Assembly (NCBI GenBank): GCA_910576985.1
Contig: CAJTLA010000001.1
Span: forward strand, 1-60,436
Source: an uncultured Bacilli bacterium
GTDB lineage: Bacteria > Bacillota_I > Bacilli_A > RF39 > UBA660
Direction: 5' to 3'
Length of the DNA stretch: 60,436 bases
This document shows positions 1 through 8,064 of the stretch, piece by piece (position 1 is the first letter of the stretch; each line of letters starts with the position of its first letter). Below the pieces are notes generated by a model. The model saw only the letters and a program-made list of their open reading frames with translations, had not been told where the DNA came from and ran no database searches. Both the position numbers and the translations under genes were made by a program.

Positions 1-237
1 GAGTATATCAATGAAGCAATCGAAGTCACAAATGATGAAGACTTTAAAGACTTCTTCAGCAAAGAATGGGATATTAAGTATGCGGCTTACGATGATGGCA
101 AAGAAGATGGGAAACAAGAAGGAATTTTAGAAAATCAAAAGAAAATTGTCAAAAAAATGTTAGAAAAAAACACAGACATTAACTTTATTATGGAAATTAC
201 TGGTCTTACAAAAGAAGAAATCGAAGCATATCAATAG
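1..237 (+). CDS. Rpn-family (YhgA-like, PD-(D/E)XK) recombination-promoting nuclease/putative transposase; C-terminal fragment entering from the left edge
   Basis: Frame 1 is open from base 1 to TAG at 235-237. The tail DGKEDGKQEGILENQKKIVKKMLEKNTDINFIMEITGLTKEEIEAYQ has the EG-repeat plus ITGL(S/T)xEEI ending typical of this family. Confidence 0.5.
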   Translation, partial: EYINEAIEVTNDEDFKDFFSKEWDIKYAAYDDGKEDGKQEGILENQKKIVKKMLEKNTDINFIMEITGLTKEEIEAYQ

Positions 238-247
238 ATATACCAAA

Positions 248-276
248 CTATTGGCAAAAAAAGTCAATAGTTTTTT
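248..276 (+). terminator. Rho-independent terminator after the Rpn-like gene
   Basis: Stem ctattg/caatag (248-253 / 265-270) with an 11-nt A-rich loop, followed by T6 (271-276). Confidence 0.45.
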
Positions 277-548
277 CTTCTTTTAATATAATAAACAAAA
301 TATCATTTTTACTTCATTTATTTTTGTAAGATTTGAATAAATTACAAAAATTTCGAAAAAAAAAGACTTTCAAAAAAGTTGTGTAAATGGTAATTTACAT
401 TCCGTAAGAATCATCATAATGATGGTCTTTTTTTTACTGTGGTATCTTGAAAAACTGTATCTATAATTTTTTTGTTTGTTGTGTATATGAGTTTTCCAAG
501 AGCCTAAATAAGATTAGATTCTATCTTCGTAAATAATTGATTGTATAT

Positions 549-572
549 CAAAAAAAGAATCATTTTGATTCT
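549..572 (-). terminator. Terminator of the rplU-prp-rpmA operon, overlapping the rpmA stop codon
   Basis: The minus strand reads agaatca-aaa-tgattct followed by T7: a 7-bp stem and a tight 3-nt loop. Confidence 0.45.
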
Positions 573-862
573 TCTCTTGTTGGATAAACACTAACTTGTT
601 TTTTATCTCTTCCAACACGTTCAAATTTTACATATCCATCTATTTTAGCATATACAGTGTCATCACTACCAATTCCTACATTGTTTCCAGGATAGATTTT
701 TGTTCCTCTTTGACGATATAAAATAGAACCTCCTGTTACAAATTCTCCATCAGCAGCTTTTGCTCCTAATCTTTTAGAAATTGAATCACGTCCATTTTTT
801 GTGGAACCTTGACCTTTTTTATGTGCAAAAAGTTGAATATTTAATTGCATTAATTTTTCCAT
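560..862 (-). CDS. rpmA: 50S ribosomal protein L27 with N-terminal propeptide
   Basis: Sequence [47 protein letters not shown]. The start was chosen at [12 protein letters not shown], which has GGAGG 8 nt upstream (an internal ATG at 850 is also possible). The ORF-track start at 871 lacks an RBS. Confidence 0.95.
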   Translation of the reverse strand: MEKLMQLNIQLFAHKKGQGSTKNGRDSISKRLGAKAADGEFVTGGSILYRQRGTKIYPGNNVGIGSDDTVYAKIDGYVKFERVGRDKKQVSVYPTREESK

Positions 863-879
863 CCAATACACCTCCTCTA

Positions 880-1167
880 TTATGTAACTTTAATATACTT
901 AGAATAATTTTTTTCTAAATCTTTTAATAGATCTACCATATTTAAAATCAAAGTATTCGTCATTTCATTTTCTTCTAAGATATTTATTTCTACCATACCA
1001 TCTGACTCTTGATATGTAATAGTTGATGGTTCTAATCGTATGATTGCATTCACTGTTGTTATCACAATACTTGATACAGCTGCACAAACAATATCTTTGC
1101 CATTTTCTTCATACCCAGAATGACCATTTACTTTAATTTTATTTTTGAATACTTGAACTCTAATCAT
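880..1167 (-). CDS. prp: Ribosomal-processing cysteine protease Prp (YsxB family), which cleaves the L27 propeptide
   Basis: Motif [21 protein letters not shown], and its position between rplU and rpmA. Confidence 0.9.
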   Translation of the reverse strand: MIRVQVFKNKIKVNGHSGYEENGKDIVCAAVSSIVITTVNAIIRLEPSTITYQESDGMVEINILEENEMTNTLILNMVDLLKDLEKNYSKYIKVT

Positions 1168-1169
1168 AA

Positions 1170-1472
1170 TTATTTTGTTTTAATTGATTTGATTTCTACT
1201 TTTGTATATGGTTGACGGTGTCCTTGTGTTTTATGGTAGTTTTTCTTTGCATTATATTTAAACACTTTGATTTTTTTACTTTTACCATGTTTTAAAATTT
1301 CACCAGTCACTTCGGCATTTTCTAAATATGGATGCCCAACAACACCATTTGCCATTAGTACTTTATCAAACTTAATTTTAGATCCACTTTCTTCATTTAG
1401 TTTTTCAATATAAAGTACAGTTCCTTCTTCTACATAGTATTGTTTACCACCAGTTTCGATTACTGCTTTCAT
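1170..1472 (-). CDS. rplU: 50S ribosomal protein L21
   Basis: Sequence [25 protein letters not shown]...[19 protein letters not shown], with a GGAGG RBS. Confidence 0.95.
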   Translation of the reverse strand: MKAVIETGGKQYYVEEGTVLYIEKLNEESGSKIKFDKVLMANGVVGHPYLENAEVTGEILKHGKSKKIKVFKYNAKKNYHKTQGHRQPYTKVEIKSIKTK

Positions 1473-1577
1473 TTTTTTAACCTCCTAACATTTCTAAGAC
1501 TCGCCTTTAAGGTACACAGCAGTGTTTTTAACCTATTCGGTGCGGTTGTAGAGTGAGGCTCTACACAGTTATTCATT
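1473..1577 (-). promoter_or_regulatory. Candidate ribosomal protein L21 leader (structured 5' UTR of rplU)
   Basis: This is a 105-nt untranslated gap between spoIVFB-like and rplU, the same position as the Firmicute L21 leader. The minus strand has a tgtagag-cctcac-tctaca hairpin and further pairing potential. It was not verified against a covariance model. Confidence 0.4.
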
Positions 1578-2336
1578 TTACCACTTCTTTCCTTTAAAGT
1601 CAAATATTTTTTGTAAGTAAGCTCGTTCTGTATAATAGTTTTTGTTTATGTAAAAGAGATGTTTGGTATCCCGCTTCATTTTTTTTATGTTCGTTCCTTT
1701 AATTATTTTTCTTCTCGGAAATTGAAATGGGTATAATGTACGTTCTAATATAAATTTGGAAAACAACATGTGACGGCTTTTAAATTCTTTGATTACTTTA
1801 CTTATTAAAATCATTAAAATAAAATATAATACTAAGGAGTGTTTTGATATAAAATATAATAAAATAATATGAAATATGGAAAATATGAATAAAAAAGATT
1901 GACTATAAAAGTAGGAAAAAAACCTTTGATAAATTAAAACCCATATTTTTGATCCGTCTAATGGTGTGATTGGAAGTAAGTTAAATAGTAATAATCCATA
2001 ATGATATGTTTCTAAGTTTGGAATTTGATATAGGCAAAGAACTAGATAACAAAGACATTGAAAGATTGGTCCCATTAGAACAATTAGCAATTCTTCTTTG
2101 ATTGGTTTATTCAAATGATCTTTAAAGACTGTGAGTGCTCCAAATGGGAAAATCATTACGGATTCAATGTTCCATTTAAAGTATATGCCTACTAAGATAT
2201 GACCACATTCATGTATTAGTAGAAGAATCATAAATATTGTAAATTCCTTAAAATTTCCAGTCATTAAAACAATAAAAGAAGTCAAATAAAAAAAAGGATG
2301 TATTTTTATTTTATGATAAATATTCTTTATAATCAA
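1578..2336 (-). CDS. spoIVFB: Site-2 protease (peptidase M50), SpoIVFB-like intramembrane metalloprotease
   Basis: HECGH (HExxH) lies in a TM helix and is paired with the NLLPITPLDGSK (NxxPxxxLDG) motif. The protein is polytopic. Synteny with rplU matches B. subtilis. Confidence 0.8.
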   Translation of the reverse strand: MIIKNIYHKIKIHPFFYLTSFIVLMTGNFKEFTIFMILLLIHECGHILVGIYFKWNIESVMIFPFGALTVFKDHLNKPIKEELLIVLMGPIFQCLCYLVLCLYQIPNLETYHYGLLLFNLLPITPLDGSKIWVLIYQRFFSYFYSQSFLFIFSIFHIILLYFISKHSLVLYFILMILISKVIKEFKSRHMLFSKFILERTLYPFQFPRRKIIKGTNIKKMKRDTKHLFYINKNYYTERAYLQKIFDFKGKKW

Positions 2337-2916
2337 GTGTAGTTCCTTCTTTTTTAAATACTAAAAATAAGTTTTGATTTTCTGTTTCTCCAAGTAAACT
2401 TCCCTCTTCTACATAATCATATAATTTTACGTTGATTTCTTTTAGCCCTCCATACCATAAATCAACGCCATTCATTTGTTGAATGATTACTGTTTTTCCA
2501 TAACCTTCTTTTTCTCCAATAAAAACGACTAATCCACTGTTTTTTATCGGAACTAAGTAATGGTCTTCTACTGTTAGTTTAACTCCTTCTTTATAGTTTT
2601 CTTTTTCTTTATAAACGAGCTGTTCTTTGAATGTAGCTTGTACTGGTGTTTTGACAAGTTCTTGAAAAGGAATTGGATTTCCAAATAAGTTTTTATAAAC
2701 ATTATTAATATAAGCAAAGGAAAAGTTTGTTTCATATACTTGTTCATAAAAAACCTTTTTAAATGTTTTTGATTGTTTTATTCCAATTAATATAGAAAGG
2801 GTTAAAATGATTGTAGCCATTAATTTCATCCATATTAAGTTACTATGTTTTTGTTGTTGTTTTAATTGTTTGTTTCTTTTTGATCGCATTTGTTTTTTTA
2901 TTATTTCTGGATTCAT
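2311..2916 (-). CDS. Membrane-anchored M23/LytM-like domain protein, SpoIVFA-like
   Basis: N-terminal basic region plus a TM segment. The C-terminal region GLVVFIGEKEGYGKTVIIQQMNGVDLWYGGL...VEEGSLLGE resembles a degenerate LytM domain. It overlaps the downstream S2P gene by 26 nt. Confidence 0.6.
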   Translation of the reverse strand: MNPEIIKKQMRSKRNKQLKQQQKHSNLIWMKLMATIILTLSILIGIKQSKTFKKVFYEQVYETNFSFAYINNVYKNLFGNPIPFQELVKTPVQATFKEQLVYKEKENYKEGVKLTVEDHYLVPIKNSGLVVFIGEKEGYGKTVIIQQMNGVDLWYGGLKEINVKLYDYVEEGSLLGETENQNLFLVFKKEGTTLDYKEYLS

Positions 2917-2994
2917 AATCTCACCTATTTTATTGTATGAATTTTATTTTTGTATTAGAATATTTTTTTGTTTCATATTAAAAATGGTGATATT

Positions 2995-3948
2995 ATGAGG
3001 ATTCGACTTGGTTATGTGGCAATTTGTAAAACATTAGATAAGGTAAGTTATAATCATACAATGACTTATACAAATTATCAAAAGTTAAGTGAAGAGATTA
3101 GAAAAGAAAAGTTAGATTCTATTATCAAAACGAATTTAGATCATTTGTTTTTGATTTTAAATTATAATGTTCAAAATCATATTTCTTTTTTTCGGTTTAG
3201 TCATAATTTAATTCCTTTGGCTACGCATCAAGGGGTTTCTTTTGATTATATTACACCTTATTTAGATAGGTGGCGAAAAATTGGAAATTATATTAAAGAA
3301 CATCAGCTTCGAATGGATTCTCATCCAGATCAATTTTGTGTATTAAATAGTATTCATGAATCTGTCTTAAAACAAAGTATTGAAATGTTAAGCTTTCAAT
3401 ATGAATTATACAAATCTATGGGAATTCCTGGAAAAGTGGTTCTTCATGTCGGAAGTAGTGTCCCAAATAAGAAAGTAGCTTTAGAACGTTTGGTTTCTCA
3501 TTTTCAATTGTTATCTTCTGAAATTCAAGAAATGATTTTATTAGAAAATGATGATAAAACTTTTACTGCTGGGGAGACGTTATCATTATGTGAGACCCTA
3601 CATGTTCCCATGGTTTTGGATTATCATCATTATCGTTGTAATCCTGGAAATGATGACATCAAGTTATTACTCCCAAGAATTTTGAAAACATGGGAAAGCA
3701 CTGGACTTCCTCCAAAGATGCATTTTTCCTCTCCAAAAAGCAGGAAGGAAAAGCGGTCGCATAGTGTTACTATTGAAGTCAATCAGTTTATTTCTTTTTT
3801 GGAACTTTTAAAACCTTATCAAACAGATATTGATATTATGTTAGAGTGTAAAGGAAAAGATGAGTCTTTGTTTCGTTTATCTAGGCAATTACGTTTTTAT
3901 ACTAATTATCATTTTTTTAATGAAACTATTTTTGAAATATCTGATTGA
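2995..3948 (+). CDS. uvsE: UV damage endonuclease (UvdE/UvsE)
   Basis: Sequence MRIRLGYVAICKTL...FFRFSHNLIPLATH...LHVGS...LLENDD...VLDYHHY. The start was moved to the ATG at 2995, which has a GGTGA RBS. Confidence 0.85.
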   Translation: MRIRLGYVAICKTLDKVSYNHTMTYTNYQKLSEEIRKEKLDSIIKTNLDHLFLILNYNVQNHISFFRFSHNLIPLATHQGVSFDYITPYLDRWRKIGNYIKEHQLRMDSHPDQFCVLNSIHESVLKQSIEMLSFQYELYKSMGIPGKVVLHVGSSVPNKKVALERLVSHFQLLSSEIQEMILLENDDKTFTAGETLSLCETLHVPMVLDYHHYRCNPGNDDIKLLLPRILKTWESTGLPPKMHFSSPKSRKEKRSHSVTIEVNQFISFLELLKPYQTDIDIMLECKGKDESLFRLSRQLRFYTNYHFFNETIFEISD

Positions 3949-4190
3949 GGTATTATAAAAAATTATTTTTTACAAATGGATCAAAAAAAAAATTAGTTTT
4001 CACTAATATTTGTTCTTTTGATCACTTTATCATTTCCATAATTGTTTTTATATCAAAATTTTCTTTTCATATTTTTTCCAATTTTTCTTATTCGTATTGT
4101 TCAATACCCTATTCAAATTCTTTTATTCTCTCATATTTGTATAAAAAAAGCGAGATTTTATAATGACGTTTGGTTAAAATTTTGAACTGA

Positions 4191-5204
4191 CTATTTGTCA
4201 GTTTCTTCTAATACACTTTTATAAATGTCAATTAATTTTTTTCCAATAATTTTTAAATCTCTTTCTTGGGCTACTTTGTATCCTTCTTCTACTAATGATG
4301 GAAGTTTTCCTTCTAAAATTCCTTTGATTTTTTCTTCAAATTCTTCTATATCTTTTGCTTTATAGACGTTTTTTCCATCTTCTAACCATTTTTCAAATAC
4401 TGGAATGTCACGTATAATGGCTGGAATTTTTGAAGCACAAGCTTCGATAATTGGAATTCCTTCTGTTTCTTCCAAAGTTGGAAATAGATATAAATCTGCT
4501 CCTGATAACGCATCTCGTATCATTGTTGGTTCTACATAACCTGCAAAGTGTAGATTAGGAAGTTCTATATTGACAGCTTCTCTAATTTTTATTGGACTTG
4601 CTGATAATGGACTATATCCAAACCAGATAAATTTATATTGTGGCAGTTTTTTCGCTAATTCTACAAAATCTAAAATTCCTTTTCTTTCTATATATAAACC
4701 AATTCCAACAATGACTTTTTCATGGTCTTGATAACCGTAAAATTCTCTGAATTTTTTTCCGTTTTCTATATTTTTTTCAAAAAATGATGTGTCAATTCCA
4801 TTAGATAAAGCAACAATTGGGGAATCAATAGTTCCATAACTTTCTAATAATCGTTTTGAATATGGGGTTGGTGTAATAATTTTATCCCCAAGGTTGTAGC
4901 ATTTTGTAATCCACCATTTAAAAATTGGGGCCATTTGATTGGAAAAGATAAAAGAGTTTTTAAAGTCTTCTTCGGTGGAATGTGCATGATAAATTACTTT
5001 TTTTCCTGCTTCTTTTGCTTTTTTCGCTAAAACATAAGAATTTGGTCCATAAAAATTGATATGAACTAAGTCATAGTCGTCATTTGGATCGGTTGTATGA
5101 TCAATATTATTTTCTTCTAATGCTTTTAATTGATGTTTGATGGCTTTTCCTAACCCTGACTTTTCAATTTGTTTCAATCCTTCTGTATAAAGTAATACTT
5201 TCAT
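4191..5204 (-). CDS. GT4-family glycosyltransferase (CpoA-type or glycolipid-synthase-like)
   Basis: Sequence MKVLLYTEG...GLGKAI.HQ..AL, with a C-terminal EETEGIPIIEA (E-x7-E-like) motif. The start was set at the ATG at 5204, which has a purine-rich RBS. Confidence 0.75.
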   Translation of the reverse strand: MKVLLYTEGLKQIEKSGLGKAIKHQLKALEENNIDHTTDPNDDYDLVHINFYGPNSYVLAKKAKEAGKKVIYHAHSTEEDFKNSFIFSNQMAPIFKWWITKCYNLGDKIITPTPYSKRLLESYGTIDSPIVALSNGIDTSFFEKNIENGKKFREFYGYQDHEKVIVGIGLYIERKGILDFVELAKKLPQYKFIWFGYSPLSASPIKIREAVNIELPNLHFAGYVEPTMIRDALSGADLYLFPTLEETEGIPIIEACASKIPAIIRDIPVFEKWLEDGKNVYKAKDIEEFEEKIKGILEGKLPSLVEEGYKVAQERDLKIIGKKLIDIYKSVLEETDK

Positions 5205-5255
5205 AAAGTCAATCCCTTCTTTTATTAGAATAACACAATCTATACATTCCTGCAA

Positions 5256-6296
5256 CTAGTGTTTTTGAACTTCGTCTTTTAATTGTTTTAATTGTGTTTT
5301 GAAAGCGGATGGAAGTACATATTGTTTTTCTAATGTACTGACATCTACCCAAATATTTTTTTGATTATTTTCTTCTACATAAACGATGTAATTGGTCATA
5401 TACCAAATTTTATGTGTAAAAATATGTTTCGATGAATCTCTTTCTAAAATCCTAAGGACTTGGTATCCTTCTTTTTTCAAGTATTTTAGCGCGTCTTCTT
5501 GATTTAAGTTTCCTTTGATATTTGGAAATTCGTACATAGATGCGAGCAATCCTCTATTTGGTCTTTTATGAATCGCGACTGTGTGATAATTTAGTAAAAT
5601 AAATACGGTATATTGTTCTATCTTTTTTTCTTTTTTTGTGTCTTTGATTGGGAGTTCCATCATGGTATTTTCTTGGCTTGATTTGCAATATTTTTGAATT
5701 GGACAATTTTCACAATGTGGGATTCCATTTGGAACACAAATGGTAGCTCCTAGTTCCATTAAGGCTTGATTAAATGTTCCAGGATCATTTGGCATAATCT
5801 CAGATAATTCTTTGAATAGTTCTTTTTTGGTGGTTGTTTTACTAATATTTCTTCTAGAGTTTTGAATTCGCATGATCACTCTAAATACATTGCCATCAAT
5901 GGCAGGCACTTTTTCTCCAAAGGCAATGGAAGCGATTGCTCCTGCTGTATATTCTCCAATCCCTGGTAATTTTATGATTTCTTCATAAGTAGATGGCATA
6001 GATCCTGTGTCTTCTATGATTTTTTGAGCTGCTTTCTGTAGGTTTTTTGCTCTGCTATAGTATCCAAGTCCTTCCCATAGTTTTAATAACTGATCGAGAT
6101 GAATGTTGGCCAAAGAAGTGATGTCTGGAATTTCTTTTAAAAAGCGTTCATAATAAACTTTGACTGCTTCGACTCTTGTTTGTTGTAACATAATTTCTGA
6201 AACCCAAATATGATATGGGTTTTTATCATTTCTCCAAGGAAGTTCTCTTTTATTTTTTTGATACCAGTTTAACAATGGTTTTACAATTTCTTTCAT
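5256..6296 (-). CDS. mutY: A/G-specific adenine DNA glycosylase
   Basis: Sequence LPWRNDKNPYHIWVSEIMLQQTRV, the HhH-GPD motif GIGEYTAGAIASIAFG, the Cys cluster CxxxxxxCxxCPxxxxC, and a NUDIX-like C-terminus. Confidence 0.92.
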   Translation of the reverse strand: MKEIVKPLLNWYQKNKRELPWRNDKNPYHIWVSEIMLQQTRVEAVKVYYERFLKEIPDITSLANIHLDQLLKLWEGLGYYSRAKNLQKAAQKIIEDTGSMPSTYEEIIKLPGIGEYTAGAIASIAFGEKVPAIDGNVFRVIMRIQNSRRNISKTTTKKELFKELSEIMPNDPGTFNQALMELGATICVPNGIPHCENCPIQKYCKSSQENTMMELPIKDTKKEKKIEQYTVFILLNYHTVAIHKRPNRGLLASMYEFPNIKGNLNQEDALKYLKKEGYQVLRILERDSSKHIFTHKIWYMTNYIVYVEENNQKNIWVDVSTLEKQYVLPSAFKTQLKQLKDEVQKH

Positions 6297-7384
6297 GCTT
6301 CTTCCTCCACTACAATCGTACTTTTATTTTTTGTTTGACTCATTCTTTCGTACCAAAATGGCTTCCTACGAATCATAGAAATAAAGCCATGAATAAAACA
6401 GATAAAAAATAATATAGAAAATCCAATAAAGAAGATTACGTTTCCTATACTTAGTAGTAAGTATAAATAAAATGGAGCTGGTAGAAAAAATAGATATAGT
6501 ATTCCATAGCGGATCCAATATTGGTACCATTTTGGTGTTTCTTCATTTTCTGTTACAATTTTGATATTCATACATTTTTTTCCTAGGGTGAGTCCTTTGG
6601 TAATCATTGGTATTATCATAAAAAGGATTAATATAGATAAAAGGTATTGTAAAAATGAGTCTTGCATTCCTATGAGATTCATAATCATTGTCATTAGAAA
6701 TATGAATACCAAGTCAATCCATGTTGCGATTGTTCGTCTTAAAATAGAAACTCGCTTTCCTTTTTGATAAGATTTTTGGTCTAATGTTTTCCGATCTGGT
6801 AAGAAATGACTAAATAATGGTGTAATCCCATACCCTATGATTCCTCCTAGTGTGTTTAGAAAAAGGTCATCAATATCAAATAAACGATAAGGTCTAGGAT
6901 ATATTCCATATAATCCTGATAGTTGGGTTCCTTCAAAAAACAAAGTTAATAAAATCGTTAGGAAAAGTGTTTTTTTGAAATTGTATTTAAAGTAATAACG
7001 TAGGTAAATTCCAAATGGTATAGTTAGTAATATGTTATAAAATACTTGATAAAAATATGGTTCTTTTAATACTTCTAAATAAGTATTTGGGTCATTCCAA
7101 ATGAAACTACTATATAAAAAGAATTCTTTTATAAATAAAAATGGAGTTAGTTGAATCCAATCTGTCGTCATTTTTTTTACAGATTCAATCGATGGAAGTG
7201 GTAAAATGACTAGAAAATAGATACAAGTCAGATATAAAATAAAGGAATATACAATGGAAACTCGTAAAAATAAGATAGAACCATATTTATGATATTGGTG
7301 GAAAATATAAGGAAGTGTGAAAATGAGTGCGATGATTGGGAAAAATAAAAAGGCAAATCGAATTGGTTCTATATATCCTGTCAT
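6293..7384 (-). CDS. VanZ-like / RDD-domain fusion membrane protein
   Basis: Polytopic membrane protein. The N-terminal half is VanZ-like (LNTLGGIIGYG). The C-terminal half is RDD-like (RRTIATWIDLVF...). The start was set at 7384 (MTGYIEP), after a GGAGGAG RBS. Confidence 0.6.
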   Translation of the reverse strand: MTGYIEPIRFAFLFFPIIALIFTLPYIFHQYHKYGSILFLRVSIVYSFILYLTCIYFLVILPLPSIESVKKMTTDWIQLTPFLFIKEFFLYSSFIWNDPNTYLEVLKEPYFYQVFYNILLTIPFGIYLRYYFKYNFKKTLFLTILLTLFFEGTQLSGLYGIYPRPYRLFDIDDLFLNTLGGIIGYGITPLFSHFLPDRKTLDQKSYQKGKRVSILRRTIATWIDLVFIFLMTMIMNLIGMQDSFLQYLLSILILFMIIPMITKGLTLGKKCMNIKIVTENEETPKWYQYWIRYGILYLFFLPAPFYLYLLLSIGNVIFFIGFSILFFICFIHGFISMIRRKPFWYERMSQTKNKSTIVVEEEA

Positions 7385-7607
7385 TCTGTCTCCTCCTTTT
7401 TTTCCTATTATAGCATATATTCTTTTCATGATTTGTTACAAAACTGTAATTTTGTTTTTTTATCTAAACAAATGAATTATTGTGTATCATAAATTTCTTG
7501 TCTGTATCGTATTACTAATTTGCGATGTGATTTCTTTTTCTATTATAGCACACTAGTATTTTTTTTTGAAATAAGATATAATACTTTTATGGAAAGGAAG
7601 TTACCAA

Positions 7608-8024
7608 ATGAAACAACATTTTAAAAAATATGGAATGATTTATCAAATTATTTTAATCGCTGTTTGTATTATTTTATCTTGTGTTTTTGTATATTTTGGT
7701 TCTAAGAATCGAAAACAGCGTCATTACACAAAAGAGGAAGCAACCAATCTTATGAAGTTACAAGCGGATAAATTTACTAGAATGATTGAAATTCAAAATT
7801 CTGGTTGTATTGATCATGATACTACTACTCTATCTGAAAAAGAAATGGAAACTTATGGTTTTGATTCTCATTTTTATGAGAAAGTAATTTATACTATGAG
7901 CTGTAAAGATCATAAGCAAGTGATTGTTATTTCTATTACTGGTGCTGGTGATTTTAAGGGATATTCTTTAACGGACTACATTAGTAATAATAATCAACCT
8001 GAAAAAAATCTTAGTGAAAACTAG
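7608..8024 (+). CDS. Hypothetical membrane-anchored protein
   Basis: ORF with a GGAAAGGAAG RBS and one N-terminal TM segment. No family was recognised. Confidence 0.5.
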   Translation: MKQHFKKYGMIYQIILIAVCIILSCVFVYFGSKNRKQRHYTKEEATNLMKLQADKFTRMIEIQNSGCIDHDTTTLSEKEMETYGFDSHFYEKVIYTMSCKDHKQVIVISITGAGDFKGYSLTDYISNNNQPEKNLSEN

Positions 8025-8042
8025 GATTTTTTTAGTTAGGAA

Positions 8043-8064
8043 AAAAGATTAGAATTCTAATCTT
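8043..8064. terminator. Bidirectional terminator between convergent genes (overlaps the leuS stop)
   Basis: Perfect palindrome aaagattagaa/ttctaatcttt, flanked by an A-run and a T-run. Confidence 0.5.

Noticed and set aside
361-450. A possible structured RNA or terminator (aaagac...tgtaaat-ggta-atttaca...gtcttttttttt) between the Rpn fragment and rpmA.
   Set aside because: The pairings are short and AT-rich, no promoter or conserved motif was recognised, and a simpler terminator for the Rpn-like gene already exists at 248-276. The evidence is insufficient to call a feature.
2807-2998. Plus-strand 63-aa ORF antisense to the SpoIVFA-like gene. The following track ORFs are of the same kind: 6215-6412, 6561-6767, 8710-9571, 10692-10898, 11129-13687, 13943-14135, 17443-17694, 21092-21316, 23535-23903, 26594-27201, 28147-28552, 29089-29662, 30211-31069, 33515-33703, 34342-34653, 35991-36278, 38103-38342, 39564-40079, 40250-40468, 41903-42100, 44548-45208, 47952-48137, 48894-49091, 50628-51068, 51288-51524, 52251-52563, 53627-53827, 54739-55591, 56014-56238 and 59225-59473.
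   Set aside because: All lie entirely antisense to long ORFs with clear family signatures. They have Phe/Leu/Ile/Ser-rich translations typical of the reverse complement of AT-rich coding DNA, and they lack RBSs. They are treated as frame-shadow artefacts.
3945-4163. A 72-aa plus-strand ORF after uvsE.
   Set aside because: It is a low-complexity Phe/Ser/Ile-rich translation with no RBS, lying in the convergent intergenic region. It is probably non-coding.
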